Shown here piece by piece: positions 15,328 through 29,078 of a stretch of DNA of 64,000 nucleotides. The stretch's first letter is position 1, and every line of letters begins with the position of its first letter. A program made the position numbers and the translations under genes. The notes beneath the pieces were generated by a model. That model was given only the letters and a program-made list of their open reading frames with translations. It was not told the origin of the DNA and ran no database searches. Source of the DNA: Octopus sinensis (taxonomy: Eukaryota); contig NW_021836290.1 of NCBI RefSeq assembly GCF_006345805.1, positions 124,001 to 188,000 of the forward strand, written 5' to 3'.

Positions 15328-16077
15328 TATTCAGTAGTTTTATTTTTATAGCGTGCATTCACTTCACTACCGAGCGCAGCTCTCTGTGCCTTGGGTATGT
15401 GCTGTGATTTGTTGTGATGCTCTGATGGTTATTGTATGGAAAGTATTCTGCGTAGGATGTGTGCAGTGCCTAGTAGTGCAATTTTCTGTATGTTATATGT
15501 GTTTGTAAGTCCTGGTGTTTTTGTTATGTATTTGTCTGAATATTTTTTATCATGCCTAATGCGCCTACTATGATAGGAATTGTTTCTGTTTTCAGGTTCC
15601 ACATTCTGGTTACCTCTATTTCCAGGTCTTTGTATTTTGAGAGTTTCTCCATTTCTTTTAGAGACACGTTGTCATCTGCCGGTATTGATACATCAATTAG
15701 AAAGCATTTTTTTTCTTCATGATCTCTGACAACTATATCTGGTCTGTTGGCCTTACTTTCTCTATCTGTGTGTATCGGCATATCCCAGAGTATGGTTGCT
15801 TTCTCGTTTTCTGTGACCTTTTCTGGTGTGTGCCTATACCATCTTTTTTCTGTTGTTATTCCATAATGTTGGCATAGCTTCCAATGTATGTAGGTTCCAA
15901 CTCTGTCATGTCTGTGAATATATTCCTTCTTAGCCAGGACTGGGCAGCTAGAGATAATATGAGTTATTGTTTCTTGTCCATCTCCACATATTCTGCAGTT
16001 ACTTGTAATATTTCTTTTCATTACATGTTTTTGTAATATTTCTTTTCATTACATGTTTTATTTCTTTTCATTACATG

Positions 16078-16080
<3 letters not shown>
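15328..16080 (-). mobile_element. Dong/R4-type LINE 3' end inserted in (TAA)n
   Basis: ORF 15524-16021 with CCHC and RLE (RPDIVV..D..K..KY); flanked by TTA repeats on both sides; same 3' UTR as the 11506 copy. Confidence 0.9.
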
Positions 16081-16128
<48 letters not shown>

Positions 16129-17580
16129 TATCATTATCTTTTGTACAGCTTTTAACGCTGGAGATGTGCATCAGTGTCAGCTGTTCACTACCAGTGAACT
16201 AAGATAACATCCCTTATTTTTTGAGCACCAACCGGAGTATTCAAGCGGTTCAAACCAGTGCTGTTTTCTTGAAGTGCTTAAAAGATATATGCTAGTTCAC
16301 AAAAATATTCCTTCAGAATCAAATCCCAAAGGTCAAAGATGTGGAAGAAACTTAAATAATATATGTTACTTGTGTTTTAAACTTTGTCAGTTAGCAGCTG
16401 GTCTTCAAAGTCATCTGAGGAAAGAATTTTACATTTTCAAGTAACATGTAAAATTCTTCCCTGAAGATGGAGGCTGGTGGTATCCGATGATGGAATCAAG
16501 TTACAATAATCATTTTAGACCACCAAGTCCTCAGAAATAGCTGTTGGTCTCGTAAAACCCTTACTCAAGCCCTTTAATTCCTCTCTTATATGCCTACATA
16601 TGTACATTTATTGTATTAAAAATATTTAATATTTTTTTTAAAATCGACTTGCCTAATTTGCTTCTCCTTAGATTTGCTCATGTGTGTGTGTGTGTGTTTG
16701 TGTGTGTTTGTGTGTATGTGTGTGTGTGTTTGTGTGTATGTGTGTGTGTGTGAGTGTGTTTGTGTGTATGTGTGTATGTGTGTGTGTATGTGTGTGTGTG
16801 TGTGTTTGTGTGTATGTGTGTGTGTGTGTGTGTGTGTATTTGCATATACGCTCATTCTTTTATTATTCTACTTCATATATTCCATAAGTTATTTAACTTA
16901 CAAATAAACAAGAGCTGCACAAGAAACAAACAACATACCAACGAAGCTAAAAATTAACAAATCTCCTAAGATTTTTAATCAATAACCGAAAATAAATGGA
17001 ACGGTAATAAACAAAACAATGTCGATTAAGTGAAAAGTGATTGAAGCCCAGAAGTAATCTACAAAGCGATAGAGCTGTAAGAGTGAAAAATAATATAATC
17101 TTTGTTGGAGAACAAGGAAAAGGATCTAAACAAAATGCACACATCATATGTACCCATTCCAAAATATGTACAGAACATATGTATTAAAGGAACCAAATAT
17201 GAACTATCAGCCCTTGCATAAAGTGTTACAGGCTTCGACTTCTGTTCACAACAAATAATTACAATATAATTGCGAAACAAATATGGCCCCTTAAAAGGAA
17301 AAAATAAAACTAAGTGAAATCGCATTGTACATACTTTAATAATTTTATTTACAAATCTAAAATAATGACGTAACAGAAAATGAGAGTGCATTGAAGACAT
17401 GGAAATACAGATGCCAACAGAATAACAGGTTAGAAAGACAAAGAAAAAGAAATCGCCAATAAATTAAATGAGCAAGTCAAATAACAACCTAAAGAAACCG
17501 GATACAATTACTGAAAACACAACAGAATAACAGATTTTGCGACATTAGACAGAAGCACCCGACTCTGTACAGGCTTCAAT

Positions 17581-17642
<62 letters not shown>

Positions 17643-17914
17643 ACTTTAGCGAAATTTGATGTAATAAAAAAATCGGATGAGACAAAACAACCGAATTATG
17701 TAATAAAAAGCAATAACACGACAAAAATCTAAAATACATCACACTAACAAAATGGTATTTAGCAAGTAGCCAATAAAAACGATGGCCACACAGAGAGACA
17801 AGGCCGGTTAGATGCATATACAACCAGCTTGAAATAACCAAAACAATTGCTTGACATATGTTCTCTTCTAGATTACAAGCTACATACAGGCATTCATATA
17901 CATGCATATACACG

Positions 17915-17967
<53 letters not shown>

Positions 17968-17974
<7 letters not shown>

Positions 17975-19141
17975 ACAGAAGTAAATAGACACCCTTATAA
18001 TCATTAAAATTTATTTAAATCTGAAATTATACATTCAAATTATCATGTGAAAATTTGGTATTTAGTAGACATGCCCTTTGCATTTTTCATTAGGCATGTT
18101 ACTGATCAGATGACGAATATTCTCTTGCGGAATTTCTGGCCAAGTTTCATGCAATTATCTCAAAAAATCTGGCTTTGAAGATGCTTTCTTGTTCTTTTTA
18201 TGAAGTGGCATGTGCATTATGTCCCAGAGGTGTTCAGCAGTGTTCATACCTAGGCCATGGAAGATTTTTAATATCATTTTCATCCAACAAATCTTGGGTC
18301 ATTTTAGCCGTGTGACAAGGAGCTCCATCTTCCATAAATAGACTTCTTTAATCGTTTTACCTCTGGAAAAGATTGGAAAGAATCTTTTTTGCAATATGGA
18401 CACATCTGAGTTTATGTTTCCGTCACACTCCACCAGCTCCAAATTGCTCCCCAGACCATCACAGAATAGCTCCCGTGTTTCTTTGTTGACTGCAATCTTT
18501 TCACATCAAATTCTTAATCACAGAGTCTCCAGACCCACACTCGACTACTGTCAGGAAATACAGTAAGTCTGGACTCATCAGAGAATATGCTTGTCCCAAA
18601 ATGCTAGTGGCCTCGCCACCATCTCATTTTTTTCTGCTTGATGTTGGCTGGTCAAAGAAATGGCTTCCTTCTTGCTGCTCTGTCATACTAACCAAGTTTG
18701 TGGAGATAGCTGACAGCTGTTCTGGGACGGACGTCAACTTGTTCTGTTATGCCAGAGGACTTACCACAAGGATTATCCTCTACATTTCTCTTAGCAAAGA
18801 GAAGGGTCCTGTCAGAGGGCCCTGGTTGAGCTGGGCGAGGTGATGTGGACTTCTTCCCCTCTCTGGTGAATCGCACTATCACTCTACTAATTGTAGAAAG
18901 CGGGATCGCAAGGTTTTCTGCAATTTTACGCTATGTTCACCTTCAGAATGATCCACAGTACAGCCTTTTCGAAATTCAGACAGTTTCAAGGCCTCTTTTG
19001 TACATTGTATATCTAAACAATCACAAATAAAACCTGAAACATAAAAATGTCAATTAATAAAAAATATAAACCTTTACAGGTTAGAATAGACATAAAACGA
19101 TGTTTTATGGAGTGTCTGTTTACTTCTGTTATGTCTATGTA
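17968..19141 (-). mobile_element. Tc1/mariner DNA transposon, degenerate
   Basis: Inverted termini CATGACAGAAGTAAATAGACAC (~17971) and GTGTCTGTTTACTTCTGTTATG (~19112); remnants FSDESR, GAPCHTAK, EHLWDIM. Confidence 0.8.
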
Positions 19142-19149
19142 CCCACACC

Positions 19150-19905
19150 CATAGTGCGTATATCAGGTTCTCCGAAACACATGTGAAGCTGCTTTTCACT
19201 GTGAAATGTTGTCCCTATTTGAAGGAGAATTCTGATCCCTCAATTAAATTGACGCATATCCCACAGTTGGGTCTTCCGCTTTTTTTTTACTGGCGTCTTC
19301 AGTGATTTTGTTGAGCGTATTCGAGCTTGTGTTAGGAGACTTTTCATAGATTTGAGTTCTCTCTTGATTTTTATGATATTGTGTTTGGAGGATTAAGTTC
19401 ATTCTGTGGTCCTGAGAATATTTTGAAGGATGGTGGCGAAGGCTTCATTGTTAAGAGGGTTGTGTGTGGGAGATGTATGGTAGGGCTTTTGGTTGTAAAT
19501 CCTTGGGATGTCTGAGTTCGTGGATGTTGAGTTGTAGGGCACGTTGAAACCATATGTCAATTAGTGATTGTTAGTTCCTGGTGATGAGTCTATCCTTTAG
19601 TTCATGTAGTCGTATGTCTCTGGTGTTTGCATTAGAAACTATAGTACATATCCTTATTGCTAGGTTGAAGGGGATATTCATTCTGGTGTGTCTGGGGTGG
19701 CATGAGTTGAACGGTAGATATTGCATGGAGTCCGCGGGCTTATATATCTGTTTCTATTACGTTGTTGGATTTCTTGATGAGGGTGTCGAAGAAGGGAAGT
19801 CGTTGATGGGTATATTCCATCGTGAATTGAATGTTTACGTCAAGTCCATTTATAAGTGCTTGAAATTCTTTAAGTCTCTCTATACTTTCATGCCAAAGAA
19901 TGAAA

Positions 19906-19961
<56 letters not shown>

Positions 19962-20040
19962 GTGCGTGAGCTGCCTAAGAGACCATAAGTCACGGGAAAG
20001 ATGCACTTGTATATCAGTGGGTATATTGTCTGAAATGTAG
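19150..20040 (-). pseudogene. Penelope-like element RT/GIY-YIG remnant
   Basis: NIQFTME..LPFFDTLI..IETDI, followed by QYLPFNSCHPRH. Confidence 0.8.
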
Positions 20041-20174
20041 AGTATTAGATATCCATCACGGCTGATCAGTTGCCATATTCTCTTCTAACTCTGATGAGTG
20101 TAAAGTTATATAATCATTGTATTCTTTACGCAAATGTATCAGTAGTGATGGATATCTAATACAATACATTTTGG

Positions 20175-20250
<76 letters not shown>

Positions 20251-20266
20251 TATATATCTTATTATC

Positions 20267-20640
20267 TCTTATTATAAAAGGCAGATTTTATCTGCCTCCC
20301 TTTGTCAGTTATAGAAATCTACAATATAGGATTTCTTCAATTACAATTTACCTAGCATTTTTAAGAGTAGAATGCATCGGGTCATGCCAGGTCCAGTTTT
20401 TAAAATTTAAACTCCAATTAAGCAAAATTTACAGAAAACTCACATTCTGGTGTGTATGTCAAATGCTTTTCTTAATGTGGTTTACACCACACGCACACGC
20501 ACTCACACAGTGTGCAACGAATAAAATGAAAGTAATTCACTGTGTGTGTGTTGACAGGTAGACAATAGAATGCGATGGCGATGGCGATGTAATATTTGTT
20601 TCTGTCTATCACGCTGATAGATACATGAGTAAAATGTATG
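20267..20640 (+). mobile_element. Helitron family B, 5' portion
   Basis: TC start (TCTTATTATAAAAGGCAG); near-identical to 22237-22570 and related to 26713 onward. Confidence 0.7.
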
Positions 20641-20760
20641 GCAAGCTAAGAGATAAGAGTGAGTGAAAATGTTCTTGGAAGAGAGTAAATAGCGAGAGTG
20701 ATTTGAGGAAGACTTTACATTAAATAACCGTAGTGGCTTGTATATATATATATATACATA

Positions 20761-21026
20761 CATAAGACAGTAAGGTGTGATTTGAGGGAGATTTAGCTGC
20801 TATTTCTACCATGTCTAGCTGCCATGTAGGGGTCTCCCTCATAGGCTCATACATACATATATACATAGATAAGACAGTAAGGTGTGATTTGGGGGAAATT
20901 TGGCTGCTATTTCTACCAGGTCTAGCTACCATGTAGAGGTCCCCCTCATTGGCTCATATATATATACATACATAAGACAGTAAGGTGTGATTTGAGGGAG
21001 ATTTGGCTGCTGTTTCTACCAGGTCT
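20761..21026 (+). repeat. ~108-bp tandem repeat, about 2.5 copies
   Basis: ATAAGACAGTAAGGTGTGATTTGRGGGARATTTRGCTGCT repeated at about 20762, 20869 and 20972. Confidence 0.85.
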
Positions 21027-21389
21027 GTTAGGCCTTCTCATGTAAACTCAAGCTTTCTCATGTCTTGAACATAAAACCAAAGCAGAGAATGTATTCTTTT
21101 ATTCTTCTGCTTTTTCCAGCCATTGGTCTGTGGCCATGCAGGGGCAATGCCTTGAAGAATTGTAGTTTAATGAATCAACTCCAGTTTTATTTTTGTAAGC
21201 ATTGTACTTATTCTATCTGTTTCCTTTGTCAAACCACTAGGTGACAGGGATGTAAACAAACCAACATTCGTTGTCAAGCAGTGGTGGAGGACAATCACAA
21301 GCACAGACACGCACACACACACATACATGCATACACATATACACACATACATACATACATACATATATATATGTGTGTGTATATATATA

Positions 21390-21712
21390 TTGCAGCGTGG
21401 AAGGTGTTTGTAAGCCATTTAAGAAACACACAAAAACCGTTAGATTCACTTCAACATTTAATTTTAATTTGCCAAAATATTTTCCTCGCTTTGAGACCGC
21501 GACCTGTTCACTGACAAAAATATCGTGCTAACAGGTCGCGGTCTCAAAGCGACGAAAATATTTTGACAAATTAAATTTAAATGTTGAAGTGAATCTAACG
21601 GTTTTTGTGTGTTTCTTAAATGGCTTACAAACACCTTCAACGCTGCAACTGTTTTCGTTCCAGCACACGATCTCAGATCAAGTCACTTGCTATGCAAGTA
21701 CATCTCTGTAAC
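21390..21712. mobile_element. Fold-back non-coding element with G3-C8 hammerhead motif (family also at 30372)
   Basis: Arms 21390-21508 and 21530-21648, plus a ~65-nt tail on one arm; inserted in (TA)n. Confidence 0.75.
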
Positions 21713-21718
21713 TATATA

Positions 21719-21779
<61 letters not shown>

Positions 21780-21841
21780 TGGTAAAACAGTAAGATAACA
21801 AAAGAAAGAAAGAGACCTCAATATTATGTAAATAGAGGAAA

Positions 21842-22236
21842 TCTTTATATATAAAAGTGAGGTTGTGTGTCTGTCTCCTACGATTTAGATTCGTAACTAC
21901 TCCCACATTTTGCGGTGCAGTTTAACCAAAACCGGGTATCTTATAGTCGTGATTCATATCGAGACCGTCTGGGTATTAGCGCGCGTCTACGATGAGTCTA
22001 CGATTTAAAAAAAAATTTACCATCAATTTTTCCCATTTTTAATCCATTTTTGACATATATAAGAGAAGTAACTCTCTAAAATTTATTATTAAATCTCAGA
22101 ACGTAAAAAGCTACAGTAACACCCCTCCCCCTTTGTGGTTAGCCATATTGAGATAGCTATTATACTTTACATCTCTAAAAATGCTTATATAATTATTTCC
22201 CTTACAAACCCGAGCAACGCCGGGCGATACTGCTAG
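21842..22236 (+). mobile_element. Non-autonomous Helitron family A
   Basis: 5' TC after A, 3' hairpin CCCGAGCAACGCCGGG, then CTAG. Confidence 0.85.
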
Positions 22237-22950
22237 TCTTATTATAAAAGGCAGATTTTATCTGCCTCCTTTTGTCACTTATAGAAATCTACAATATAGG
22301 ATTTCTTCAATTACAATTTACCTAGCATTTTTAAGAGTAGAATGCATAGGGGCATGCCAGGTCCAGTTTTTAAAATTTAAACTCCAATTAAGCAAAATTT
22401 ACAGAAAACTCACATTCTGGTGTGTATGTCAAATGCTTTTCTTAGTCTGGTTTACAGCACACGCAAACGCACACACACAGTGTGCAACGAATAAAGTGAA
22501 ACTAATTCACTGGGTGTGTGTTGACAGGTAGACAATAGAATGCGATGGCGATGTAATATTTGTTTCTCTCTATGACGCTCATAAAAGCATTGATGTACAT
22601 GTGTGCGTGCGTGAGTGTGTGTGTGTCATTCCTCACACACACGCATACACATACATATATGAGAGTGGCAAACACAAACGTTTCAAACAACTACATACAA
22701 ACACGTGTGTGTTTGTTATTAGTAAAAAAGGCGCCAAAACACAACTCACTTATCATTCCAACACATTTGCAAAGACACACGGACGGTCGAATAACAATAC
22801 AGAAAAGCTAAATTGGTTTTTATTTTACTCTGTATATATTTTATTATATAATATTATATATAGATATATGTATATATAATTGCAGTATGAAACAGTGTTT
22901 ATGTATAAACAGACGACACTTATATATAGTTATTAATAAATGTATGCATC
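22237..22950 (+). mobile_element. Helitron family B 5' portion, fused directly to family A copy
   Basis: TC start immediately after CTAG; homologous to 20267 and 26713; right boundary uncertain. Confidence 0.65.
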
Positions 22951-22957
22951 CGTTTAA

Positions 22958-23848
22958 CCCTTTCGTTACCAAACCGCCCGAAAAAAATTTTGGTTAATGT
23001 GACCAAGCCGCCCGAATTTACCTATTCATATTTAAATGAGAATATCAGAGTAAATCTCTTTAGAACATTCGTGAAAACACGTATTATACTTCGTAAACAG
23101 TTCAACTACAGTTTTGTACAAAAATCGAAGTGTAATTTTAATTCCGTGAATTATGGGAGATTTTTTCCGAAATTTGTTACTATTGTGTTTTCAAAATTTG
23201 TAATTCTGACAAAAAATGGATACGAATTTCATTATATCAAGCAGCGAGTCAGAATTCGAAGGATTTTCTACTGAAGACCTTCATAAATCTAACTCTATGA
23301 CTGAAAAAAAAAAGCATGTGGTATTTGATAATGAATCTGATGTTTCATTTTCCGAAAGTGAAAACAGTGAATCTGAGATCTCCGACAGCGATAAAGAAAA
23401 TGATTTGGCACCTGAATGGAGTGAAAATTTAAAAACTGTTTCTTTCGGTGATTTTTCTGAAGAAACTGGACCAAGCCACAGACTTTCCCAGAAGAGTAAA
23501 GCCTTAGACTATTTCTTTTTACTTTTTCGAATGAGCCTATTTGAAATCATTACGGCGGAAACGAACTGTTACGCTCAACCTAAACAAAGCGAAAGAAACG
23601 ATAGTTTGTTATTTCCCACAACCTTAAATGAAATTAAGGCCTATTTTGCCATAAATATTATTATGGGTATTAGAAAGTTACCCAGAATAACAAATTCTAT
23701 CGTAAAATTTTGTTGTATACCCAATTGAATATTAGCTAATAACCCATTTTTTATAGCGATGTTTGAACAAAATTTTAATAATTTTATATATTGTTGAATT
23801 TACCTGTATCTACCTGCAATTAGAGTCACTTTGTGACAAAAATTATAG

Positions 23849-23880
<32 letters not shown>

Positions 23881-26203
23881 ATTTGGCTCAAAAGCAAATA
23901 GCAAGGCCATGTAGGGGGACATGGAGTTAAGTACAGGGTGGTGTTCATGTAAAGAGTTCAGGCCACTTGAGGTCCAGGGAGGCTTTGAACAAAGCGGTCG
24001 TCGGCATCTTCACCATCTCGTCTGGCAGCTTGTTCCACGGATCCGCAACCCGGACGGAGAAAGCTCCTCTCTTTCGATTGAGATGAAATCGTCGCAGGTA
24101 GAGCTTTTCGGAATGACCCCGCAGCCGACGCTCCGGAGCAGGAGTGAAGAACAGCTCTTTCGAGAGGTTACACTTCCCGCTTATGATGTTGTGGGCGAGA
24201 ATGAGATCACCACGGCGGCGGCGTTTTTCAAGAGAATAAAGGTCGAGCGTCCTCAGCCTTTCTTCGTAGGACAAATTTTTGAGACCATGAACCATGCGGG
24301 TAGCCAGCCTCTGGACTTTTTCGAGATGCTGTATGTCTTTGAGGAGATAAGGAGAAGAGGCTTGAATCCCATACTCCAATATGGGTCTCACCAGCGTGAC
24401 ATAGAGTGGCAGGAATATGGCTGCTGTGAGCATTCCGAATGACCGTCGAATCAAAAACAGAATTCCGCGCGCTTTGTTGGCAGCATGGACGCACTGGGCC
24501 GAAGGCGAAAAGGAGGAATCCACCAAGATACCCAGGTCCTTTACCTGATCGGTCCTCTCCAGCAGCAGACGACCCGGCTCGAAATCAAGTTGAGTTGCAG
24601 GAGTAGAGCCGACAGGCAGATGACAGCACTTTGACACGTTCAGACACAGGTCCCAATCGTTAGACCACTTCCAAATTTGGTGGAGGCATCGACGAAGATC
24701 CTCTATAATACCGCGAGGAGCGACCAGTTTGATATCGTCGGCAAATAGAAGGGTGTGTTGCGTGAGGTCGTCGGGCAAGTCATTTATGAAGACTAAGAAC
24801 AACAAGGGCCCAAGCACTGAACCTTGAGGCACGCCACTGCTCGCACTGGAGACGTCGGACCGCGAACTATTAACTTGAACTTGGAAGGAGCGATCTGAGA
24901 GGAAGGCACCAACCCATCGTACAATATCCGGGTGGAAACTATATGCTTGAAGCTTGACAAGTAGTAGGCGGTGGTTTACCGAGTCAAAAGCTTTGGCAAA
25001 GTCCAATAAAACGATGTCAACAGCATCACTATCATCGAGGATGCGCGTCACCAATTCTTCCATTACTAGTAAGTTGGTCAAGCATGATCTCTTCGGCACG
25101 AAGCCGTGTTGGGAATCAGTGATCGAGGCTGTGTTTAGGAGGTGGAGCATCATACTTTTCTTAAGGATGGTTTCGAACATCTTGCTGATTATTGATGTAA
25201 GGGAAACTGGTCGTTAGTTAAGCGGGTCTTCGCGGCTCCCTTTCTTGAAAATTGGGCAGATTATCGCTGTTCTCCAGTCTGCAGGTATAACACCCGTCGC
25301 CAATGACATATTGAATAGTCGTGTTAAGGGCTCGCAGATGACCGGAGCCAACGCTTTGATAACCCGTGGGTGTATGCCGTCAGGGCCGTGACCCTTGTTG
25401 ACATCGAGGCCTTGAATAACACGTTTGACTTCGTCCCGCGTGATGATCAATCGAAGCATTGGAGGTACCGATCTATCAAATGGAGGGGGTTCACGACCAT
25501 CATCTTGTTTGAAAATAGTTGAAAAAGCCTCGGCAAATAATTGACTCTGTTGATAAGGGTCCTCAATCGATACGCCTGTTGAGTCTACCAATGTTGCAAT
25601 CTGGTTGTTCAAGCGGGAATTCCGCTGGACATGGGCAAAGAAGGTTTTTGGATTGCTACTGGCATTTGCCGCGATTTTGTATTCATAACTGAAGCGTTCT
25701 TTCTTTTCAATTTTCACGGCTCGGTCTCGTTGAGTTTTGTACACCTCAAAAGCTGCAGTCGAATCCAGATTTTTGAATTCAGCCCAAGCAATATCTCTGA
25801 GTCGACGTTCTCGTTTAACCTTCTTCGTCACCCAGGGCTTGTGTTTCTTCCTCTTAGGAAGCCCAACGGGAACTGCCTGGTCAGTCAAACAGATTACATA
25901 TGCTTTGAGGAATGACCATAGTTCGTCAACTGAGGACAACGTCATCAGGGATCGCCAGTCCAGAAGCGCGGAAGCCTCGGTTAGAATTTCAAGATTAATT
26001 GAATTGGTTATAGAATTAATTGAATTGGTATAGAATTGGTTGAGAACATTTCACTAAATTATCTTCCAAAAATCAGATTAATATATTCATAAATAAAAAA
26101 GTTATAGTTGTTTAATGAAACCAGACTAAATTTATGATTACGTTAGAAATTAATTGAAACACATAAGGGGTGTATTTTGGTCAGAAATATAGTAACGAAA
26201 GGG
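22958..26203 (+). mobile_element. piggyBac element, internally deleted, with nested LINE
   Basis: TTAA-CCCTTTCGTTAC ... GTAACGAAAGGG-TTAA. ORF 23216-23728 resembles a PGBD transposase N-terminus (acidic leader, YFFLLF..IITAETNCYA..TTLNEIKAYFAINIIMG). Confidence 0.9.
23851..25995 (-). mobile_element. CR1-group LINE, 5'-truncated, with (TAAC)n tail
   Basis: ORFs 25214-25945 and 23945-25180 are in one frame, split by a single TAA (DPLN*RPVSLTS). Motifs QHGF, DFAKAFDSV, GVPQGSVLGP, LFADD, RRLRGH..FSVRV..WNKLP. Confidence 0.92.
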
Positions 26204-26315
26204 TTAAGAAAAACCAAAAAATATTTTATTCTTTGTAAATGTTGTGTTCAAAATAACATTTTCTTTTAAGAATGTGTATATAACAAAGTATGTGTATATA
26301 ACTACGTGGCTTATA

Positions 26316-26712
26316 TCTTTATATATAAAAGTGAAGTTGTGTGTCTGTCTCCTACGATTTAGATTCGTAACTACTCCCACATTTTGCGGTGCAGTTTAAC
26401 CAAAAGCGGGTATCTTATAGTCGTGATTCATATCGAGCCCTTCTGGGTATTAGCGCGCGTCTACGATGAGTCTACGATTTAAAAAAAATTTACCATCATA
26501 TTTTTCCATTTTAATGCATATTTTTCGTTATTATATAAGGGAAGTAACTCTCTAAAAATATCTACGATGTGTCAACGATTTAAAAGAAAATTACCTTAAT
26601 CTTTTTTCAATTTTTAATGCATTTTTTTGCTATTTTTTGGCTATAACTCTCTAAAAATGCTTATATAGTTATTTCCCTTACAAACCCGAGCAACGCCGGG
26701 CGATACTGCTAG
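26316..26712 (+). mobile_element. Non-autonomous Helitron family A (second copy)
   Basis: TC...hairpin CCCGAGCAACGCCGGG-CTAG; high identity to 21842-22236. Confidence 0.85.
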
Positions 26713-29078
26713 TCTTATGATAAAAGGCAGATTTTCTCTGCCTCCCAAATCGTTCGTTTTTTATACAATTCTACAATATAGAATTTCTTCAATTGGAATT
26801 TACCTATCATTTTTACAAGTAGATTCCATCGGGTCGTGGCATGTAAAGTTTTTTCAATTTCACCCCCAATTAAGCAAAAATTCGAGAAAAGTAAATATTT
26901 TACCATTTCCCTCATTCATTTCAAGTGCTTCACTCCTACCATTACCACTACACTTTCTCCTCCTTTCTCTTTGCAAGTGTGCAACAATTAAAGTGAAAGT
27001 ATTTATATAAAAGGGATGAGCAATTAATACTGGTCATCCTTTTTGCTAGAAGAAGATCCTCTGTGGTCTTGTATGCTACACCACTGGTTTTCAATTCATA
27101 TTAATCAAATTAGTATTCAATTTTTCACCCTTATTATGTGTGTGTATTAGCAATTCGTATAAAATTGCATCAATGACTTGAACTTGAATAAGTGGTTTCA
27201 CATAAATGGGGATACATTAAAAAGGTTTGTTGTTATTATTATTACTGTTTGACTATTGTAATCACGTTTGTTGGTTCCTCGTCAGGGAAACGTTGTTGTG
27301 TTGCATTTGTTAAATAATTGTAAATCGTAACCCTCCCCCTTTCGGAGAAGGGGCTTTGGTCATTGTTTTAAAATTGAATTGTGTCCCTGTTTGGGGAAAT
27401 TGACAATATTTTCACCGTCTTTACGGAAGCATTTTTGTTAAAATGCCTTCGATAGAAGAAAGTCCAAAAATGAATTTCGCTGCAGCCGTACACTTCTATA
27501 CAAGATCCAATTGATCGAAATTGCAAGAGACGGGCCTACAATTCCAGTCTGTTATATATTTTGAGTATTGTTATCACTCGCGATATCAAGATATAACTTT
27601 CTATTTTGTATTTTATGTGTAGATGTATATATATATATAGATGTACATGTAATATGTACACATATATATATATACATATATACATGCATAATATATCTAC
27701 CCATACACACACACGTACACACACACATACATAGGGGCAGGTGTGGCTGTGTGGTAACAAACTACGTTCGAAGATACTGTACTTGATATGGGCGTTAGTG
27801 CCTTGCCGGTCTATGGCCTACCTTCAACAAACCGGGAAGGCACAAACACTCTGTCTTCACATTTGCTGCGTGAGACATGTTTTAATGTTGACGAGCTTGC
27901 CAAGTACATAGCCGAAAATGAGCCAAAGCTCCTTCCAGAACAGAAGTTCGCTTACAACTCCGTTGTTAATTCAGTCCGGGCCAAAGCTGTGGGAATATTT
28001 TTCCTGGACGCTCCTGGGGGCACTGGGAAAACTTTTCTCAACAAATTAATATTGGCTGAGATTAGGCGAACACAAGGCATTTCCCTAGCTGTGGCATCAT
28101 CTGGAATTGCGGCTACTTTGTTGCCAGGCGGCAGGACAGCTCACTCCACTTTCAAGCTCCCGCTTGACTTAGCGAAGACTGAGACACAACTTGCAACATC
28201 AGTAACAGTTCCGATCAGGCAGAAGTCTTCAGACGATGCAAGCTTATCGTTTGGGAAGAATGCACGATGGCCCGCAGACGTGCTCTTGAGGCACTAGATA
28301 GATCTCTCAGAGACATCAAACACTCTTCAGCTCCCATGGGAGGCATAACACTTCTTCTTTCAGGGGACTTCCGACAAACACTTCCCGTTATTCCCAAAGG
28401 GACTAGAACTGATGCAGTAAGTGCGTGTCTTAAGTCATCCACATTGTGGCCACTGGTGAAGACTCTCAAACTTCACATCAATATATGTGCTCATATGCGA
28501 CGTAATATCACATCAGCAGCATTTTCTCACACCCTCCTTACACTTGGCGAAGGCAAAATACCAGGGGATGAAAATGGTAATATTGCCATCGATTCCATTT
28601 GTACCATTGTTAAAACGCCTTCTGATCTCAGAGATGCAGTGTTCCCAAATCTACAAGCTAATTATCAGAATATGGATTGGATTGGCCAAAGGGCTATTCT
28701 GGCCCCGAGGAATAAAACTGTTCACCATATTAATGATGAAATGCTAAAACTCATTCCTGGGGATGTCTATGTATATAAGTCTATCGATACAACTCCTGAC
28801 CCAGAGGTCGTCATCAACTATCCAATAGAGATACTCAATTCCTTTGAGCCCCCCGGACTACCACCACACATTCTTAAACTTAAAGTTGGTGCCCCTATAA
28901 TGCTCATTAGAAATTTGGTTCCCCCAAAACAATGCAATGGCACACGTTTGATCGTTAAGTCCTTATCTCCCACCGTAAACTTATATCAATATTTGCCTGA
29001 ATAATCATCATAATTCAGTGCAATCATTAACAGTACTTTCAAGCAATTCAACCCCGAGCATCGCCGAGCAATTCTGCT

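Noticed and set aside
16455-16550. CTGAAGA-long stem II-GAAATAGCTGTT hammerhead-like motif within a fold-back
   Set aside because: Stem I has only ~2 bp; probably a decayed PLE pLTR ribozyme, not supportable as intact
20761-21026. Repeat-spacer-like appearance (also 44092-44175)
   Set aside because: Plain tandem repeats without unique spacers; eukaryotic context and no cas genes, so not CRISPR
23921-24442. 173-aa plus-strand ORF and other ORFs antisense to LINE/PLE frames
   Set aside because: Shadow ORFs of GC-richer retroelement coding sequence with no recognisable motifs
27788-29004. Host PIF1 helicase gene
   Set aside because: Frameshifted, intronless, and bounded by Helitron TC / hairpin-CTRR termini
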